From Kudoa neothunni (lineage: Eukaryota > Animalia > Cnidaria), in assembly GCA_964304625.1 (NCBI GenBank), contig OZ199839.1, forward strand, positions 7,959,166-8,023,165: a stretch of 64,000 nucleotides of DNA, written 5' to 3'. Below the pieces are notes generated by a model. That model saw only the letters and a list, made by a program, of their open reading frames with translations, did no database searches and was not told where the DNA came from. Below, in pieces: positions 13,770-28,208 of the stretch. Position numbers and translations under genes: made by a program. How positions within the stretch are numbered: the stretch's first letter is position 1; every line of letters starts with the position of its first letter.

Positions 13770-16117
13770 ATAGATGACAACAATAAACTATCCAAAGAAG
13801 TGACAATATAACAAAGAATATATTTCATTTGGTTCTACATATATTACCGAAAAGGATGACACGCATAATCCACAATGTTTCGCATATGGAAAAATTTTAT
13901 CAAATATTACTCTAAAACCGTCAAAACTAAAGGAACATTTCAATTTATTCAATCCAAATCTCATTAATTGTGTTATCGATCACCTTTATAAAAATAAAAT
14001 ATTTCGAAAAGTCAAAACCTTTAGATATGCTTGGATTTATAAACTCAACAAAACGATGTCCAAAGGCGTCATATAAAATTGCTTACAACATAGAAAAAAA
14101 AAAGGATCACAAAATTGCTGAAACATTGATAAAACCGTTTGCGTTGGAAATGATGGAGTTAGTCTGTTGGGAAGAACAAAATAAACTAATTTAAACCTTC
14201 CCTTTATTAAATAACACAATTAAAAATAGAATAGTTGATATGTCTCAAAACATTTTGAGTCAAGTGATCAAGGAATCACAGAACACTCCGTTTACGTCTA
14301 GTTCACAACTTAATGAATCCATCGATGTATCTCAGTGCAGCCAACTTATAGTTTTTTCCCCTGCGTTCACGATGATAAACTCAAAGATGAGTCTTTATTT
14401 TATCAGTCATTGCTAAAACGAGTGAAAGCCTCAGATATTTTTTATTTGTTGGATGATTTTTTTAAGAAACAAAATTTTGAGTGGACTAAGAAATTATGTA
14501 ACATATGTACAGATGGGGTACCTTTGTTACTTAAAAAAAAGTCTGATTTTAATGCACTTGTTAAATAAAAAGTACCAGACCTTTTGGTAACACGTTATTT
14601 TCTTTCATAGATATGCACTAGCTTCGAAAACTCTCCCATCGACATTAAAAAATTTTACTAACATTGCAATGAAGGTGGCGAATAAAATTAAATCCAAGGC
14701 ATATAACCATCGACTTTTAAAATTCTATGTCAAGAAATGAACAAAGATTATGTTGTACTACTCTACCATACCGAACCTCGTTGGTTATCTAAAGATCAGT
14801 GCCCCAAACGATTATTTATTCTCGAAGACGAGGTTTCCATGTTTCTTAGAGGAAGAAATAATGATCTTTATAAATATGTTGACTACAAAATATTCATTTA
14901 TGGAATGACATACCTATCTGATATCTTCAAGCACATCAATAACTTAAATTTGTCTCTCCGGCGGAAAACGGTTATTTTAATTGTCGTTTCTAAAAATATG
15001 CGTTGTGTCACGGCAAATTTAACGCTCTGAAAGGATAGGATTTTATCCGGGAATTATGTGAACTTTTCACAACTTGAATATTTACTACAAACTGATGCCA
15101 TTAAATTGCCAATAATAGTGTCAGAAGAAATTTCAAACCACCTTACAGTATTAAAATCATCAGTTGAACGTTATTTTCCAAACACCAGAAATCTTCACCT
15201 TGATTCATGGATTCGAATCCAATTATACACGAAATCAGCACCATGGCCGATAACGATCCTTTGAAAGAAGAACTGATTGACCTGCAATCAATGGAAATCC
15301 TGTATTATGAATTTAAACTAAAAAATGTTAGAAGATTTTGATTCTACGTTGGAAAACTTTTCCCAAAATTCACAGGAAAGGTATTAAAAAATAATACCAT
15401 TCACAATAAAATACTTTTGCGAAGCTGGATTTTCCACGCTGTTTTATATAACACAAATTCCGCAATAGACTAAATCGAAAACATGATATGAAAGTTTCTA
15501 TTTCAAAAACATTCCTCATTTTGAATTACTCGTCGAAATTAAACAAAACCAAGTCTCATTAATTGTAAGTTTTTTTTATAAAATTAGTAAATCACTCGTT
15601 CGTTTTAGTCATAAAGTTGATGATATCACGGAGTTCTTTAAAAATGAACACCAGTTTGGTATATTATTAATTTAAAACATTAATTTGTTTTTTCAATAGC
15701 AAACACTACACTTCAAGAAAAAAACATTCTTTTCATTAATTTCTTTGTTATTTTGTTTATTACTGTAATTGGATTTCAACGAAGTTATAAAAAGTCATTT
15801 CAGTATTAATCAAGATATACTTGTAGGTTTCTTATTTCTAAAATCGCTATTACATTTCTAATGCTTATTGAAATAAACATTTTGTTTTAAGATATTTACC
15901 TCAAGAACATTTTTTTTTAAATTCGCTTTTACTGAAAATTATTTTTTAAATAGAGCAAAAACTTGTGAATGTATATGAAAATTTAGCACATAAAACCATA
16001 TTATTTTAAAAAAAATATTACTAGAAAAAATTAACATGAAATGAAATTCATAGGGGTCCGTATTCGTTTAGCTTAGCCAATAGGGGGTCCGCGAGTCAAA
16101 AAGGTTGGGAGCCATTG
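13770..16117 (+). mobile_element. Decayed hAT (Buster/Charlie, ZBED5/SCAND3-like) transposon
   Basis: Fragments include HKIAETLIKP, ICTDG, LLYHTEPRWLSK and YFCEAGFS. The right TIR GGTTGGGAGCCATTG ends at 16117 and is followed by ATCTAATG (central TA). The left end was not found. Confidence 0.85.
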
Positions 16118-16562
16118 ATCTAATGGATCTCATACTTTAGATATGAAAATAATTTGTTTTACGTATACAAAATCTGTTGAACTTTATCTAAAATATTAAC
16201 TTATACAACGTAATTTTATAAAACGATCAATGCCATGAGAATCATACATCCTTGTATCATTTTGATTGTAAATACGTGGACGGGTATTATGCTGTGAAAA
16301 ATTGTTTACATTTGATTCCCTTCTGATTATTTAGAATCTATCTAATTTCCGTGATATTTCTTTCAATTAATGTTCATGGTAATAAATTACTGCCCGTCAA
16401 AATATTTGAAGGATGAATTAATACTTCCGAAATATTTGTATTTATGCTTCATTAAGTTTAAGTCGAACAATAATTCTGTGTATATATACGAATTATAATC
16501 CGATCAAATTTTGATTTTCATATTGAACGACAACTATCGTTCAATATCTTTTGCAAAATATA

Positions 16563-19478
16563 ATGAAAACCTTTATCCACCTTTGGGGAATTTTTATCTT
16601 TCTGCCGTGTATATATACGCATACAACAACCAACATTACTAATAATATATAGCTTACGTATCGCTTATAGACGCGCAACCGGCCCAGGGAGTTGCCTCAA
16701 ATACAGTTTCTACTGAAGGCCCTTTAACTTACAAACTTGTAAAAGAGACAAGTGGATTGAAGATTAATTTTATATTAAGTGGAACCGATTATACTGGAGG
16801 GAAATATTGTCATATTAAACAATCCAACAAAGATGACACAGATCTTGCCGAAATTACATCATGTCCTGGTAGTGCTGCAGATGTATCTAGTAGTAAATGT
16901 GTTTGGACATGCGATGGAATTGAAAATAAATTAACTTTTGACAAGTCTTTTTCGAGTGCAAAGTACATTGCTGTTTTTACGAATACTGCTGCTACCACCG
17001 CTGAAACGAAAAATAATAATGGGGCTGTATTTGGATTGGAATTTCGTAACTAACGCATATAATATTTTCCATCATTTTCTTTTAGCGTTGTTGGTCAATC
17101 CGCAGATTACAATAACGAAACACGACAAAAAACTAAAATTGAGCACAAAAACTTGTACACCGGTGAAATGTCCGATATTTTACAAGGATGTAAAATACCA
17201 GGAGGGAACAGTTAGGGGAAGTTGCACTGAAAATATTGAAAGTGAATTGGAGTTTAATTTGATGATTCCACATTATGAAATGAAATGCGATAATTATCCT
17301 AGTTTCTTTTATACCCTGCAAAATAAATATACTCTATTAAACATTGATATTTATCAACCACAATATTACGTGACCTCTATTTCGAGTGCTACAACGAAAT
17401 ATATGCTAAAGTTTACAAACAAATTTCCCTTCGAAATGTGTCTTTTCAGTATAAGAGATAAGTCAACGACCGAAAGTAACAATGAATACGAATCGAAATG
17501 TGGATCGGAAGGGAAAAAATGTCATGCACCTTGTAATAATGTAGAACTGGAATATACGGCTTCTAAGTCTGTTGTTGAAATATTAATTCAAACTAGGCAT
17601 GTATCGTTGGCTAAAAGTGCTAACAAATATGATGGATATATTCAGAAAAAATTCGGTATTTTATGGATATTTACTCATTTATAACCTTCTCCTAGTTGTC
17701 ACAGAAACTACCGCCACTCCATTATTGTCAACATACTCGCCTACTGGCGTTACATTAAATGTTCAGTTGTTTAAGCCAGATAGTGCACCTAGTTTTTCGA
17801 GTTGTACTTTAACTTATTATGAAGCAGACAAACCTAAACCTGCTTCTCCTGAAATCCGAAATGTGAAGATGACAGTCAAACCTGTAGAACAGAGTGCACT
17901 ACTGCTCTAAAGATTACCGAGCTTTCTAATGGAAAACCATATATTCTTGAAATTGCAGCAGGAAATGGTAATGATATTCCTGCTAATTTTAAAGAACATA
18001 TATTTTTTCGAACAGGTAATATAATATAAAAAAAAATTTTTTAATAAATATATAGAAAAGAAACCTGGTTTTATCTATTCAACGACAACTCCGACAGTAA
18101 CGGATACAACTGCATCAATTAGAGCAATAGATAATAGCGAAGCACTCAACGCACAAGACAAGACTTGTGCTTACTATATAAGCCCTCATGGAAAGGATGT
18201 ATATGTATGTGCCATGTGCGAAGATAGTTATCCTTGCAGAGGTTTTTGCAAGGATTCTCAAAAAATTATTGGGTTAATGCCTGGAACTGATTATGACCTA
18301 AAGATAGTTGCACATGAGGATTATGGAGAAAAAAAACACAAAATTACAACGAGTATATAAATAATTGACCTCGAATTATATAATTAACTTTCTTTTAAGC
18401 ATTTTCAACGCTCACACTAAAATCGGAATTTATAGACAAAGGCTTTAAGGTGATAGGTGTACTGTCAACACCATATTCTACAGCTGTTTGTCACTATAAA
18501 GTAAACGTAAAAAAAGGGAATGAATCCAAGTTGGTCTACCAATGCCCACCATTGGCTTCTACAACAAACACTGGCCCATCCTCTAATGCACCCAAGACTT
18601 CTAAAATAGCGATATCTAGGGCAACTAATGGGCAACGACCACAGAATGTGCCTCCTCCAAATAAAAAAACAGAAATCACTCCATGCGCACAACCACCATT
18701 ATGCACTGAAATTATATTCAGTGAAGGATACGAAGCAGACAAGGAATATGAAGTTTTAGTTACTGCCGTCGGTAGATCGGCAGAAACTACCATCGAAATA
18801 CCCATAAGTAATAAAACATCTAATTCTAAATTCATATCTTTTATATTTTAATTAAATTTTTAAAATTATTAAAAATATGTACATTAATTCTTATTATACT
18901 AAATTTTAATTTAGATCCACAACCTTCCTCCAATAAGAATCCAATCAAATTAACTGTGGTGTTTACAAGAGAAGGCGATAACATAAAAGTTAAAACTTCT
19001 CTTCCTACAGGCGTTGATGAACAGTCGTTATGCAAATGGGAATTGAAAAATTGGGATAATCCATCCAAACCAATCGTCCAAAAATGCATGGCAACTGGTG
19101 AACAAGGTTGTTCTGTTTTTCCATCGTGCAAGGAATTTACAATTTCCAATGTGGATAATACCAACAATTACCGTTTGATGTTATACCATAGTACCAATAA
19201 CAATATCTCTGGTTTTGTCGAGATCCAGAAAGGTAATTGATTAAATATTATTTGTCATTATTTCTTATATTTTGATTAGATGATGAATCAAACAAATCCA
19301 TGTAAACTAAAATTGTTAAATTCTAATTTATTTATTTTAGGTCGAAAAATACTATGTACTTATTGATGGAGATATTTTATTAATCAACTATTTTAGAATT
19401 ATTGCTGTAGTAGTTCCAGTTCTCATCATCGTTGTGGGTGCGGGATTCTATTTCGGATACTGGAAAAATAAAAACTAG
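16563..19478 (+). pseudogene. Family A type I membrane protein, copy A3 (-1 frameshift in exon 4)
   Basis: Exons 16563-16608, 16653-17045, 17086-17655, 17696-18015, 18056-18352, 18400-18807, 18915-19232, 19280-19301, 19341-19355, 19397-19478. Exon 4 is 320 nt instead of 321 (GAA-ATCCG at about 17853). The gene is otherwise intact, so this may be a sequence error. Confidence 0.8.
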
Positions 19479-19777
19479 ATTTTTATTTATGAATAATGCT
19501 TTCACAAATTGACTTACTGTTTAGCGACAGTACTAATATTATATCATATGTATTAGTAATCCATCAGATTTCTTCATTACTTACTTTTAAATTCATAATT
19601 ATTTAGTTTCATGAAAATTTATTTATTCGGAAATTGTATTTCTCTATTTTTTAATAAGGGAAATTAATATGATTTTTTCATGATATGAATACTTTATTTA
19701 ATAGTAATAATCAACCTTTTTGGATGTATTATTTTATCTTATTACTAGTTAGTTGCAAATCCTGATATCCGTTAACC

Positions 19778-21142
19778 CAGGGATTCTCAACCGGGGCAAA
19801 ATATAAATGATATGGGGTAAATTAAATGACATCAAAATTAGGCAGGGTGAATTTTTGCATTATGGATTTGTGACGTATTTCCAGACTTCTCACGAATTAT
19901 ATTATTCAGGGAAATTAAACTCAATAAGAATTGGGAAAAAATTCTTAAATTATTTTTAGGAATAAGTTCTTAACATTTATTTATAAAATTATTCCCAGTC
20001 CTTTTTAACGCCTCGTTTATCTTTTAGTGGTGTAGCTTAATAATAATACTTAAAATGACTATTCTCATGATAAATAATATTCAAGTGTCGTTAGTTTTGA
20101 CTATTTTTAATTATTTCTAGTCCGTAAGAGCGAAGGATTGGGGAATAATTAATTTGATTTAGCAATATCTAAAGAATAAAATCTGTATACAGATTGTGGG
20201 TGAGTTGATGGGATTAAAAATTGTCATTATGCAAGCATACGTGTTTTTTAGGACCAGAATTTACCCCTCAAATAAACTCTGTTGTATCTGAACGAGTACA
20301 AAACCTCAAGGCGGCGTTTCTCAATTTTTTTATCGCGCCCCACTTCTTAAAAAGAAGTTAAGCATCTAATCTCTTTCAAAAGTATTGATTTTTTACTTAA
20401 ACTGACGATAATTTTGAATAAAACTTCCAACCACATAAAAATTTGAAAGCAATTAATATTTACATCTTATCTCATTAAAATTAAAATGTATTCGATCAGA
20501 TCTGATTTAATTTATCGATGGACCTAATAAATGAACATCTTTAGTTGTTCATTCCGTCCAAAACAGCATCAAGTGAGACTCGTGGAAATCCAACCTTCAT
20601 TAAGAAATACTTTGGTGTATACAGAGCTAATGGGCCGAAAATAAATAGTATAAATACAAAATCAATCAATATTATATAGGTTTAATCAAAAAAATGGATA
20701 TATGATTCTAAATGAGACAAGATTGAGGTTTAAACCATTCTGATTCTATTCGGATAAGAGCACGTTAAATATTTTTATTCATTTGTATATAATTGATCAT
20801 TGCATTTCATATTTTTTATGATATTAATCGCCACTCAATAATCAGCAATATCGAAAATCGCGATATTGGCTTTAAAGTACGTCATACTGCCAAATTATCT
20901 CACCACTATCCATGTCACACCAATACTCAGGATTTTCCGCGTTACAGCAGAGTGGTTCATTAAACATTCAAAAATTTCGATGTCACACCAAAATTTTTTC
21001 ATACCCACCGGTAGGGCGTGGAAATCACGTTGGGGAACATTGCTTTAAGGTAAATAAGGATTGAGCTTTCAAGTTAGAGGGTAATTTTAGATTTTTCATC
21101 AGACTCAAGGGGTAAATTTGAATAAATGGTTGAGAACCCCTG
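19778..21142. mobile_element. Non-autonomous hAT element
   Basis: TIRs CAGGGATTCTCAACC / GGTTGAGAACCCCTG; imperfect 8-bp TSD CGTTAACC / CCTTAACT. Confidence 0.8.
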
Positions 21143-21148
21143 CCTTAA

Positions 21149-23425
21149 CTCATTCCGGGTTTTCATCCCCCTTTCGGTCCTTCATTATTGCCTCTCCAAT
21201 AATGGTAATAATTCGTCAATGAATATTATTTCAATATATCACGTAATTATCCATTAGGAATGTAATTAAAAATTAAGATCCAATTATAAATTTATATCTT
21301 TCGAGATTACGTACTATACAATAATTATGGTATACTGGGGTAGAAAAAGAAGACTAATTACTTAAAAATAGAAAATTTAGAATTAAAAAGATTAAATAAA
21401 TGATATTGTTTCAAAATTTGTCAAATCGTCATTGGAGGAAAAGAAACATAAGCAACATAGTGCGGTGCCCGAAAGGGAACGAAGAACCACCAGCGTGCAA
21501 AATTTCAATTAGTCTGTTACTCAGCTTTGTACTTACAACGCTATAATGAGATACACAAATTTAATTGATGTCATCTATGATAATTAAAATGATGATGATT
21601 TTCTAAACCCATTTGATATGGTGACGTTACCTCCAGAAATGTTGATATTTTGGCTGATGAAGAAGGTCCCTTTGTTTCAAAAGATTGTGACAACATTGAC
21701 ATTGGAACCGTTCCAGAAATATGCGGTACAATAGAACTTTCTCGTATATTCATAATGAACCATTAAATGATAATGTTTGTGCCACATGGTGTAAAATATC
21801 TCAATCAGATGATTCATCTGTAATTATCACTGAATGCCTACCAGTTCCTCAAAATAAATATACTATTATGCACGATGACTCAGTCATTAGATATGAATCC
21901 TACGAAACATTCTTAAAATTTTTCGATGAAAATTTTCTCTTACATATTGTTAGAGGCATAATTACGCACAACAAAAGAATGATCACACGTTTCACTTAAC
22001 CATAAAAGAACTTCAATTTTTTATTAGTATTTTATTATTATCGGGCTACAATCAATTATCTCAGCAACATATGTACTGGGAACTTCAGTGGATTCTGGGG
22101 TTGAAATCGTAAAATGGTTGATGACCTATAAAAGATTCTAGTTGATAAAACGACATCTCCACTTTAATTATAATTCAAAACACGATACAGACGATAAGCT
22201 GTTCAAGACCAATAATTCGAAAATTGAACGAAAATTTGGATATTTCCACGACAATTTGTCTGTTGATGAACAGATGGTTCCATATACTGGTCACCATTCC
22301 TGAAAAATGTAAATAAAGGGAAAACCCATCCGTTTCGGTTTCAAGAAGTGGGTTTGGCATCTTCTGATGGATATGTGAATAGTTTTAGTGTATACACAGG
22401 TAAGAATGAAATATACAACAAGAATTTTGGCCTAAGTAGAAGCATCGTATTAAATTTTGTCGATGAGCTAGAGGATAGAGGTATTTCCCGTGTCTACTTC
22501 GACAATTTCTACACCTCTTACAAATAATTGGCTGAATTGAATAGAATAGAAGAGTTGTTAATGCTATTGGAACAGTGAGGTTGAACCGAGCATCGAACGG
22601 TCCCTTGACGACTCCGTAATTAATGAGTAAAAACCACCGAGGCTACCATGAATATTTCAAAGATTCTACAAATGAATCAAGTGTATTCAATGGAAGGATA
22701 CGAACACTGCTACTCTTCTTAATAACTTTCTTACTATTGAACCAATCCAAAATGTGAAGCGTTACTGCAGAACAAAAAAGCGCCATGTATCGATCGTGCA
22801 GCCTCAAATTCGTCGTATGTACAACAAGTACATGGGTGGTATTGATACCGTAGACAATTACTTATCTTGCTACAGAATAAGAATTCGCTCGAAAAATTAA
22901 TTCATGAAGAATGTTTAATTATAAAAGCCAAGAGAAAATCATCTTATTAAATCACGTTAGATACATCGCAGCTAATTTGATCAGTATAGATGATTCTGAA
23001 AAACAAACCCCTCGATCATCCATCGTAAATATTCATGTGCGTCATTGTGCAGTCGACCTATGATGAGTACTAATGCTGAGAAAAAGAGACGATGTGTTGC
23101 ATATAAAAAAGAAGACCATCTACTTTTGTCAAGATTATCAAAATTATATTCGTGCTAAATGTTCGATAGATTTTCATAATCAACAATAATTTGCTCTCTT
23201 ATCGATATGAAACCGTTTATTTTTCGCACGTTTTGTGACACAACGTTTATTCAGAAAATCGCACGCCTGTGGGTTTTCGTTCCCTTTACGGCCTCTTGGT
23301 AATTTTACCGTTTTCCTATAAAAATTTAATTTTTAATTAATAATACTTTAACGTAGCAATTAAAAGATTATTTTAAACGTTTATTTCCAATTTTAAGGAA
23401 ATTAAAATATTGAACCCGGAGTGGG
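21149..23425 (+). mobile_element. Decayed piggyBac element
   Basis: TTAA|CTCATTCCGGG...CCCGGAGTGGG|TTAA. Broken transposase with LSVDEQMVPY, KPIRFGFKKW, VYFDNFYTS and YNKYMGGID motifs. Confidence 0.85.
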
Positions 23426-24621
23426 TTAACCCTTCCTGCCCCTGGTGGGGTATTTGCCATACCCGATAGAAATATTTTTTGTTTTACTCAGAGCACGAGA
23501 ATTTTTTCTCTGTAGAATTTTTAGAATGCTCCTACAAACTTATAAGGCTTTCATTTAAGAAAAAAATTTGTATTCGAAATTTTATAAACTAAAAATTATA
23601 CATTTTTGCAAATCGAGAAATAATTATTTCTTGTATAATGTACAATGTACCGCAAATTTGTATTTGTATTTAATATATACTTTAACATCATTTAATAATT
23701 AAGACTCTTATATTAATGACCGGAAAAAACATGTTTTCATCAAAGTAAAACTGATTGGGTATTTACCAAAGTTAATTCGATAATACTTTACTAATGTGAT
23801 GACTTGCACGCAGTCTCAATTTGTATAAATTTTACATTCGTTGAGGTAACTTCTTGTTTTGAATTGATTAAAAAAACTTTTTAAAAATTAAGGAAACTTT
23901 TGGGATCACATTTAGTATAAGCTCCTAATCCTCAAATACATAATGGGGATTATTGTTTATTACGCCGTCATGTATGAGACTAGACCAAAAATTTGTCCTT
24001 ACAATTTTTGAGGAAATTTTGATTCGTTACAGATGATGAGAGCAAATAAGATTTTTCGAGACCATTTTTGACAAAAGAAATTGAAAAAAAGCGTTAAAAT
24101 TGGGGGCCACAAGCTCCACAATTACCCGTAACTTCAGCCAATTGTTGTTGTTATTATTATCGCGCGTTTAACCCTCCTTCATTTTCAAATAGATATCTAT
24201 TCTTTAATTTAAACCAACTCGATTTCTGCAATTATCTATAATACTCACGCACAAGTGGATCCAAACCAGGGGGAGACTTAATCCATTTATTCCGATAAAA
24301 TAAAAAGGGCCAGGAACTTGTGATGTTTCTCATGAGCAACAATGTTTGCTAATAATTATGTATTCTTATGTTACGACCATATTGATTGATTCATTCATTC
24401 ATGTGGTTTAAATCATTGTTTGGTTGAAAAATAGGGGGATTGGTTGGTTGTACGCTCTTGTAGCTGCACTTTATTGTAGTTGCAATATTATCGTTTTATT
24501 TATTACAAAGGATAGAACAATTTCTCAATGTTAACGTCTATTAATATATATGTTCATGATAGTTTACATTATGTAGGCTCCGAAGGATTTAAAATTGACT
24601 AAGGCATATTTTTGCTGGGGT

Positions 24622-25708
24622 GGCTAACGTTTACCACATCCCAACACTCGGGTTTTTTGGTTACCTAGGTCATTTGGCTCTCAATAAACCACGAATGCTT
24701 CCCGCTATTTATTCAACTGATAATCTAGATGAACTAAACTTTGAAGAAATAATAAATTTCAAAGATAGGAAGGATGAACTGTTGAAAATTTTAATTGAAA
24801 TTGGACTTTTTATTAGAGAAGGAATATAAAATTGTGGATGTAGCATGATCATGGCGATTCGACCACGATATTCAGATGGATACAGTTTCAGATGTCATAA
24901 TCGTGGTTGCCTAAAAGAACTATCTGTCAGATATAATAATTTCTTGTACCAATCGAAACTCTCATATCGCATTTTAAAAATTATATATCTGTGGTGAAAT
25001 GAAATGCAGAGCCAACGTAACCTCATGAAAGAATGCAGACTAGAGTCCACCAGGGCAAGATACGACTGGAAAAATTTCATGCGAGGCTTATATCTGAGCT
25101 ATTATATCATGAACCCCACTAAAATAGGCGGACCCGGAATAAAGATGCAAATTGTCGAAAGTCAAATTTGCAAAAGAAAGTTTCATGTTGGAAAGATTTT
25201 GCAAATTCAAAGTGTATGGATTGTCGGAGGTGTTGATGAAAACGGAGAGGTTTCCATGGTTCAAACTGAAATTAGAGATCAGCGGACATTAGAAGGGATT
25301 ATTCTTCAATATGTTAATCAGTGTTCAATAATACACACCGATGGATGGCCAACCTACGAAAACTTAGAATAGATTGGATACCAGCATGACGTAGTGATTC
25401 GTAAGTATGAATTCGTCAATGCCACTGGCATTCACATTAACAGAATTGGAAGTTTGTCGGTAGCTTTAAACGTAAGTGTAGGAGTATAACAAACAAGAAA
25501 AAAGAGATGATTTCATCCTATATTTCTGAGTGGTGTTTTAAGAGAGGGCACAAAAATTAAATATTTTCTGAATTTATAAATGTAACAAAATTAGTTTTTA
25601 ATTTTGAGGGTTAAAATGTACAGTTTTCAGTCTTTATGTTTTGCGTGGCATTTTGTTGATATTCGAGAACGAACAATCCAAGTGTTGCGGATGTGGTAAA
25701 CTTTAGCC
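24622..25708 (+). mobile_element. Merlin (IS1595/ISXO2-like DDE) transposon, inactivated
   Basis: About 30-bp TIRs GGCTAACGTTTACCACATCC / GGATGTGGTAAACTTTAGCC. The transposase has KIGGPG..QI.ES, VWIVGGVD and SIIHTDGWPTY motifs, interrupted by stops. Confidence 0.88.
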
Positions 25709-26709
25709 TGAAGGGTCGTAAGCATTAAGCTTAAGAATAATATTGTCCAAATGATGGGTCGGGGACATTTGGAGAGAATCAAGAATTTTCATTCTTTGAA
25801 AGATAAAATGGATATCACGTCATATTGTAAAAGAATGTTCAATGGGAAAAACAGATAACCTAAAATCCTCAATTATTATAGCTGGACATCTCCATCCTCC
25901 TTAATATGATTTTGGGTAATGAAGAATCCATTATGATGGCTCATAATGAAATGAGAACTACAAATAACCACAAAACATTAAAAAATTAAAGTAAGGCCTC
26001 GATATAGCGGAATTAATGATTTTTCGGTGCTTTCCAACATAAAAAATTCAACAAATAACGTTAACTAGTGCGAACGGTAATGCAGGAATATCCACCTCTA
26101 AAAATCCGTCTTTTGTGCGCGCCCCCTTCTGATTTTATAATAAATCGTCTGTTTACAATTTTTAAATATGGGATGATCACAAATATCAGTTTAAAAATAT
26201 CAGTTTAAAAAATCAACCAAAATACAGCTTCGGCCATTATTGTAGCACGCGCTCAACTTTGCGCGTCCTCTTTTTTTGTTGTATTTCCCTAAGTTTCCAC
26301 ATATATAAACAACTTTGAGATGATTATTATCTCCTATCTAGTCCTGTTATAGTATTTTTGTGTAAAACCCATATCTAACTCAGTAGTAATAGATTTAGAT
26401 AATTTGTTTGAATTTAAATTAACTTTTTCCCGGACAGAATTCTAAATATTAAAAGTTTTGTTGATTAGAAATGTCAAAACCAACTAACTTTAGTTTATCT
26501 AATCTTCTTAGTAGTTTATTTTTTAATGGTGCGAGATATTGTGATATTACTATGACCATAATATTTCCTATATTTGTAATACATTAGAAACTTATGAATT
26601 ATTTAATAAATTATTGTACATGGAAAATACAATAACTGGAATGATACGTTTGTAATTGTAATAATTGCTTTTGTATAAGAAAGTTATACCATGATCTTTA
26701 GTTCTAGAC

Positions 26710-28202
26710 CAGTGCGTTCCCTACAGAGGATGCGAAAAGCCATCGTTAGGGGTGTGGGAGTTATTCAAGAATAAATTTAAAAATTAATCTTAGTTTATTC
26801 AATTAGTATTGTTCGTTAGTCCCCGATTAAATCATGTAAGGACGTAATGCGTATAGTAATATTTTTGGTTGTATTGGTATCAATCAGTATCGGTTCAAAT
26901 ATGGGATTTGATAATTTATTTAATTTATAATTCATTCTGTTTGGTTCTACGAAATAGCGCAGTAAGGTAACAGTTTATATTAGGCCTGTTCAGCGTATAA
27001 AATCTAACTATCGCTATTTTCATGTAAAATAGTTACTTTGTTATCTTTCAAAATAACATATTTATACGCTCTAGCTGTACTTAGGTTGTCAGCATTTTTA
27101 TCTACTTAGGAATAAACTATATCCATAAAAATAAAACCACGATGTAGTTATAACTTTGTCTCCTGTCTAAATTTGAGATCTATCATTTAATTACGTTGTT
27201 TTTATTGTTACATTTTAAGTTTTACTTTAAAATTTTTACCTTGCTTCTGATATAAATATAAGTTAAATTGTTCTTGAAAGTATAGGTAAAACAAGGATCA
27301 AAGCATTCATTTATATACATAAATAAACGAAAACCAATTTTAACAATATATTAGTTATTTTATTCGAGTATATTTGAAGGCTTATTTTTTGAATTTTCGG
27401 AATTTTTCTTAACCCACTGCCCCAAAATTTAAATTAAAATATGACTCAATATAGAATAAGGAATTTGCTAGGTTTTTCTGTAGAAGATAGTATATGAAGC
27501 AAGTTTATCGACTTCATTATATACAAATAATAAGTATCGGAATTCATTAAACCTCGGCAACGATTTTCATGTTTCATATTCCTACAAAATGTCCTGCTTT
27601 GAATTACTTATGATTCTCTAGCGGGGGCAAGAGAACCGCTAGATAAAATAAATACTGAATAAGAATTTATTTTGAAATAATGTATCTTGTGAACTATACG
27701 AATTGGCTATTTTTATTTGACTCATTTCATTTTTCACTTTTATGTATAGAATTTAATTATGGGACCATACCTTTCATAGTTTATTATTACGTTTATATTT
27801 ATTTTTTAAGTCTAATATTCTGCAATAATTTTAATAACATTATTTATTACTTTACATAAAAATAGTATATATAAGCAGGAATGAATAAAAGCTCCAATCA
27901 TTGGGTGTTAAATCATGAGGAGCGAAAAGATAACGTCATCCTTTTTCAATTATACATAGCAAATTGAGTTAACCAAAATGTTTTGGTTTTAATTTATTTT
28001 AGAAGTAAACGAGAAAATTTGAGGTTAAATCTAAACTAAAATAGCAAAAATTTTAATTTGAAGACATTTTTCATTGGTATTATTATTTTCGTATTTAAAT
28101 AAAAAGTATAATTGAGTCTTGACATTCATATGGAGGAGGGGATACGAAGTGAACGTGGAATTTAGGATGGGGGTACGAGTGTAAAATTTGTAGGAAACAC
28201 TG
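26710..28202. mobile_element. Non-autonomous hAT element
   Basis: TIRs CAGTGCGTTCCCTAC / GTAGGAAACACTG; imperfect 8-bp TSD TTCTAGAC / TTTTAGAG with central TA. Confidence 0.7.
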
Positions 28203-28208
28203 TTTTAG

